64,000 nt of DNA from Octopus vulgaris (lineage: Eukaryota), in NCBI GenBank assembly GCA_951406725.2, contig OX597832.1:28520001-28584000 (forward strand), in the 5' to 3' direction. The notes under the pieces were generated by a model. The model searched no databases. It saw only the letters and a list, made by a program, of their open reading frames with translations, and had not been told where the DNA came from. The position numbers were made by a program, and so were the translations under genes. Shown one piece after another: positions 58,481 through 64,000 of this stretch (its first letter is position 1; every line of letters begins with the position of its first letter).

Positions 58481-58532
58481 ATTTACCGTCGGTGGGAACC
58501 TGGGTGTCACAGTGACATACAACATCGTTACA
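58481..58532 (-). CDS. Candidate alternative upstream start exon of filamin-like gene (CDS 58525-58481)
   Basis: ttttatcag|tgtaacgATG...GTAAAT|gtaagt; MLYVTVTPRFPPTVN, phase 0, compatible with exon 46117. Confidence 0.35.
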
Positions 58533-58692
58533 CTGATAAAATATTAATTAGAGATTATAAAACAAGAGAAACTGCCCCCCTCCGCTCCACACTTTACTTT
58601 ACAATCACAGCTTTCGAAGAGGTGTGTTTCGACGTTTGTGTAGGAGTGTGTGTACATATGTATGTGCGCGCACGTGTTTGTGTATCTGTCTG

Positions 58693-58761
<69 letters not shown>

Positions 58762-58955
58762 ATATATAAAGGGAAAGTTTACGAAAATAAACAAAAGACG
58801 AAGGCAGGTGGTGTACAAACAAACAGATGTATTCGTATAACGCTCAAGAATGGAAAAAGTATTTTACGTTTCGAGCCTACGCTCTTCTACAGACAGGGAC
58901 ACAGAAAAAACAAGGAGAGAAAAAATGTGTGTAGTAGCTAACGATCTATCATGGC

Positions 58956-59004
<49 letters not shown>

Positions 59005-59006
59005 TA

Positions 59007-59066
<60 letters not shown>

Positions 59067-59079
59067 GTATATGCATATG

Positions 59080-59140
<61 letters not shown>

Positions 59141-59145
59141 GCATG

Positions 59146-59176
<31 letters not shown>

Positions 59177-59840
59177 GTGTATGTATATAACCCAATACAG
59201 GGAGACAAGCTCCTCTTATAGGGATGGAAATATCCGATTTTCAACAAAACCCAGACTTTGACAAGCGTTTGTCGTTTTTCTCTTTCGGATAACACCCTGT
59301 CTTCCTCGATCTCTCTCTTTCCTTCCTTCACTTTCTCTCTATAACTCTCATTCTATTCTCATTCCCTCTCCGCCTTCGCCGTCTCTCTGTCACTCTTTCT
59401 CTAACCACCTCTCTCACTGTACGTCTGTCTGTATCTATAGAGAGAATGCGTCGACAGCCGCAAAAGTTTAAATATTCCCGACACAGGTCACTTAGAAGTA
59501 CAGACAACAACAGGGAAAATAAAAGGAGTTGAAGAATAGTATTCTAAGTCCAACAGCTGTTTCTGGGGCTCGACGATCCATAATAATGTTGGTAGATTGA
59601 TTTCATCACAAATGAGGCCGTATGGATGCATTTAACAAAGGATGAGACGAGCCTCCGTCATCAGGGAAAGATCTTACAGCCTGATCCCTTTTATTGCTTT
59701 TCCGTACCTTGTGGAACGATCTCCTATAAAGACACCGGAGACTAAATTTGAATCTTTTTAGTACTACCAAGTGTCTTCTATACAGAGAATCTTTGGATAT
59801 CATCTGTGAACTATATATATATATACACACATATATATAT

Positions 59841-59934
<94 letters not shown>

Positions 59935-60144
59935 ATACGTATATATATGTGTGTGTGTGTGTGTGTGTTTGTATATATCTATTTAGTTTCACAGAGCAAC
60001 CGAAGTTTCGACTTGCTCACGTGAAATAGTCTCGCAAAAGCGAACAAATTGAAACTTTGATATCCATGTCAGCCTTCCTATAAAATTTTCATAAAATGTT
60101 CTCTTCAAAAAGTATTGAGCAGTCATTCAGTTTCATGTTAAATC

Positions 60145-60200
<56 letters not shown>

Positions 60201-60230
60201 CTTGGCATAAATACAAACGACGCTATATGA

Positions 60231-60289
<59 letters not shown>

Positions 60290-60500
60290 CACATTGATAT
60301 CGAACAGTGAGAATGTCTACTCAACACCACATTTGTGGATAAAAACCTGACACATGTAACATCGGTATTCATCTCCAAAATGGAGGCGAACAGTGATGGT
60401 CCATGTGACAGGCTCAGTAATTGATAATTGTTGAGGGACTTCCCATTACATGAAACCTATGGTAACCTTAACCCATAAGTAAAGTGTGTGTGTGTGTGCA

Positions 60501-60550
<50 letters not shown>

Positions 60551-61198
60551 TACGTACATTGTATATATGTTTGTATTTACATAAATGCATGATTTTTTTG
60601 CTTTTCTTTGTCAACTTTCTCAGCAACAGACGAGGAGGAGCAGGTTTCCAACTCAGAAACGAAGTTATTTCATTGGAATTTAGACAGCATCAATTAAGAA
60701 GTCATGTATGTATATAATATATGCATGTGTGCACGCCACTCCCCATACACACATGTGTGTGTGTGTGTGCGTGTGTGTGTGTGTGTGCATGTATATACGC
60801 ATGTATGTGTGTTTGTATGTACGTTTGTCTCTGGACTCGTATGTAAGTCAGCAAGTATGGATCTTATTTTATATGTGGGTGGATGTGGATGTTAATACAT
60901 ATATGTATGTGTGTGTACACACATGCGTATATACATATATCTATATACACATATACCTACATATCTATATACACATATAGCTATATATAGGGCGGCGAGC
61001 TAGCAGAAACGTTAGCATGCCGGACGAAATGCTTAGCGGTATTTCAGCTGCCGTTACGTTCTGAGTTCAAATTCCGTCAAGGTCGACTTTGCCTTTCATC
61101 CTTTCAGGGTCGATAAATTAAGTACCAGTTGCGCACTGGGGTCGATGTAATCGACTTAATCCGTTTGTCTGTCCCTTCTATGTTTAGCACCCTGTGGG

Positions 61199-61270
<72 letters not shown>

Positions 61271-61274
<4 letters not shown>

Positions 61275-61441
61275 TAAGTAATTAAGGGTTTAGCAACGAT
61301 TTGCCTCACCACACACCGAATTTAGAAATAGCAGTCAAAGAGTTATAGCTATTCTTTCTACTAAAAGGGAGATCTCAGTAAAACCACAGCATTCGGTGTG
61401 TGGTGAGGCAAATCGTTGCTAAACCTTTAATTACTTAGTAT
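61271..61441. repeat. Inverted repeat, 51-bp arms (1 mismatch), 69-nt spacer, flanked by (TA)n
   Basis: 61271-61321 versus 61391-61441. Confidence 0.93.
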
Positions 61442-61533
61442 TACTTAAACTTTCCTCGAATGAGGCTTTTACATGCCGAAATCTACTCGGTGAAATTAAT
61501 GATTATTCCAAATTAATTAATTTCACCCTATAT

Positions 61534-61589
<56 letters not shown>

Positions 61590-62019
61590 GGGTGTATATG
61601 AACTTATTGAATACTAAACTCGTCGACTGCTTTATATACTTTCGCAATGGCATCAAATACTTGTAGCTGCACTTTCCAATCTAAACGTGCCGTGTTTGGT
61701 TTAGTGAACCCATGCATACCAGGCTCCCCTCTTTACACTGCCACTGATGTTATCCAAGGGAAAGGCAAAGGCCGGTACAGCTTGGCACCAGTGACATCGC
61801 AACTCATTTCTATAGCTGAGTGAACAACATGAAAAATAAAGTGTCTTGCTCAAGAACACAACACACAGCCTGGTCTGGGAATCGAACTCACTGTCTCATG
61901 GCTGTGAGACCGACGCTCAAACTACTGAGCCATGTGCCTTCGCTGCATGTATGTACGCACATACATATTTATGCCTGTAGATGTATATGCCAGTATGTAT
62001 ATATGTATTCCTGTGTATG

Positions 62020-62935
62020 ACTAAACTGCATTTGGCAATGGGATTCTGGTTGGGAGCTCCAGGGTCTTGAGGAGTTTGGAACCGTCTCAAGGCCAATATT
62101 GTTCCCAGGTCTGCTCTGACCCGGAGAATTGGCACCTTTCAGGATACCAGCTACGGTTCGAACAGCATACGTGATGGCAACCCATTTGGACACAGGAATA
62201 CAGAAATACCTTTCTTTGATGTCAGGACGCGCAGCAAGATCACCGGGATTGGGGAACCCCTAGCTGTAATCATAGCACCCTTCTAGAAGAGGAACACGCT
62301 AATACAAAACCTGTAGGTTCACGTGATCACCGGTCATCTCCCTTCAGTCTGTCACTAGTTACAAATCACTAAGACACAGAGAGTGGCACTCGTGATGTAC
62401 AAGATCTTTCCTCCTCCATGAAACAAAGCTGTTCCCGCTGGACGTCAACTCAGTATTTCCAAGCTACGAATCGAGTGATTTATTGTAAGGTTATCTCCCT
62501 AGATAGATTGCCTTCACTACGGCTAAGGAGCCCTTTCTACCCCACTGACACAAAGAAGCTTGAGAGGCGGTGGGATGGAACTTACACTCGCCTCCTTATG
62601 AGAGCTCAAAATCTCTCGTGGAAGCGTCATCCAACCAAAGTACAAATATATGGGAAACTACCACCTGTATCATCTCTTGTGAAAGGTAGAAGAGTCCAGT
62701 TTGCTGGACATTGTTGTAGAGCTGAAAACGAGGTAATTTCTACTCTTCACCTCTGGAAGCCATCTGCTCGCGATACCAGAGGGCGCACACTCTCCTACCC
62801 TAATGTAATCTCCAGGGATACAGGCATCCAGCAACGGGACCTACGTAATGCTATGATGGACCGTGAAGTCTGGCGTAACATAGTAAATTCCATTGTCTCG
62901 ACCACCACGGTCGAACAATGAAAATGATGAAGATG
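62020..62935 (+). mobile_element. RTE-clade LINE fragment (RT C-terminus plus (GAT)n tail)
   Basis: DGTYTRLLMRAQNLSWKRHPT...RRVQFAGHCCR...LWKP...MMDREVWR at 62545-62921; 62020-62540 is probably the same element's 5' region. Confidence 0.75.
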
Positions 62936-63539
62936 TACGAGTGTTTATCGCCATAATCCGATGACGTACAGATGTCTCTTAATGGTGACTTCATTTGTCA
63001 TTCCATTTTTACCGAAACCCCGGTGGCGACGGAAGAGCCGTAGAGCGTGCAGACGTAACCAGTTGGAAGCGGACAGTAAGATACAACTTTTGTCTGTCGC
63101 CTTTGCTTCAAAATATGCAGATTTGCAATGGGACTGAATTGTCATCCGAGCGGTCATGCGTGGAAGGTCAGAAATGCCATTGCCAACGAGGAAGCACAAG
63201 GAGGCGTTTATGTATGTATGTATGTATGTATGTATGTATGTATGTATGTATGTATGCATGCATGTATGTATGTACGTATTATGTATGTATGTATGTATGT
63301 ATGTATGTATGTATGTACGTATGTATGTATATATGTATGTATGTATGTATGTATGTAATGTATGTATGTATGAATGTATGTATGAAATGTGTGTATGTAA
63401 TGTATATATGTGTGTATGTATGTAATGTATGTATGTAATGTATGCTAATGTTTGTATGCCTATTTGTATGTATGTATGTACGCATGTGTGTGTATGTGTA
63501 TAATGATTGTTATGTAAATAGAGAACACTTAAAGAATGC

Positions 63540-63597
<58 letters not shown>

Positions 63598-64000
63598 GAG
63601 AGGATCATAGAAACGTAGAAGGAGAGGGAGGACAATAGTTACGGGGGCGGGGTGGGATATGCAAATGAGTCATTATTTTTTTTCTTATTTTGCTTAAGTT
63701 AAAGGTAATAAATATATTTTCTTTCGAAAATTAATATTCATTTCGCCATTTTTTTTATAAGCACCAAGAAATTTGACAAAGATTAAACTATAATTATTAT
63801 CTGCACGCCATATTATTTTCTGATATTAACCCTGGTGGCAGAAATATATTTCCAAAGTCACTCCTCGTATCGTATGCTACTCGTTTAAGAACGCTGTTAG
63901 TAACTTCCTATTTTTTCTAATCTCTTCTATTCATATACTCTTTTACTCTTTTTACTCTTATACTCTTTTACTTGTTTCAGTCATTTGACTGCGGCCATGC

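Overview
AT-rich, microsatellite-saturated animal genomic DNA; the SINE/LINE/(TA)n-(CATA)n landscape strongly suggests an octopus (inference). Two convergent, intron-rich genes are present. On +, the last 11 coding exons (579-12920) of an alanyl-tRNA synthetase, probably mitochondrial AARS2 (FYAEAGGQ, editing-domain HTATH and CxxxH, C-Ala GGKG). On -, a jitterbug/FLN-2-type filamin-repeat gene (47553-17383) with 7 Ig repeats, no CH actin-binding domain in the window, two possible start exons and two candidate cassette exons inserted inside Ig repeats. Introns hold Helitrons (one Rep/Pif1 remnant, two complete non-autonomous copies), Dong/R4, CR1, RTE and mariner fragments, many tRNA-derived SINEs and minisatellites. 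The most striking unannotated signal is a dispersed set of about 10 minimal type-I hammerhead ribozyme motifs (CUGANGA / GAAA / palindromic stem III), two with canonical cores, almost all on the minus strand. There are also competing inverted repeats around a skippable filamin exon. Nearly all long ORFs in the supplied track are microsatellite artefacts.
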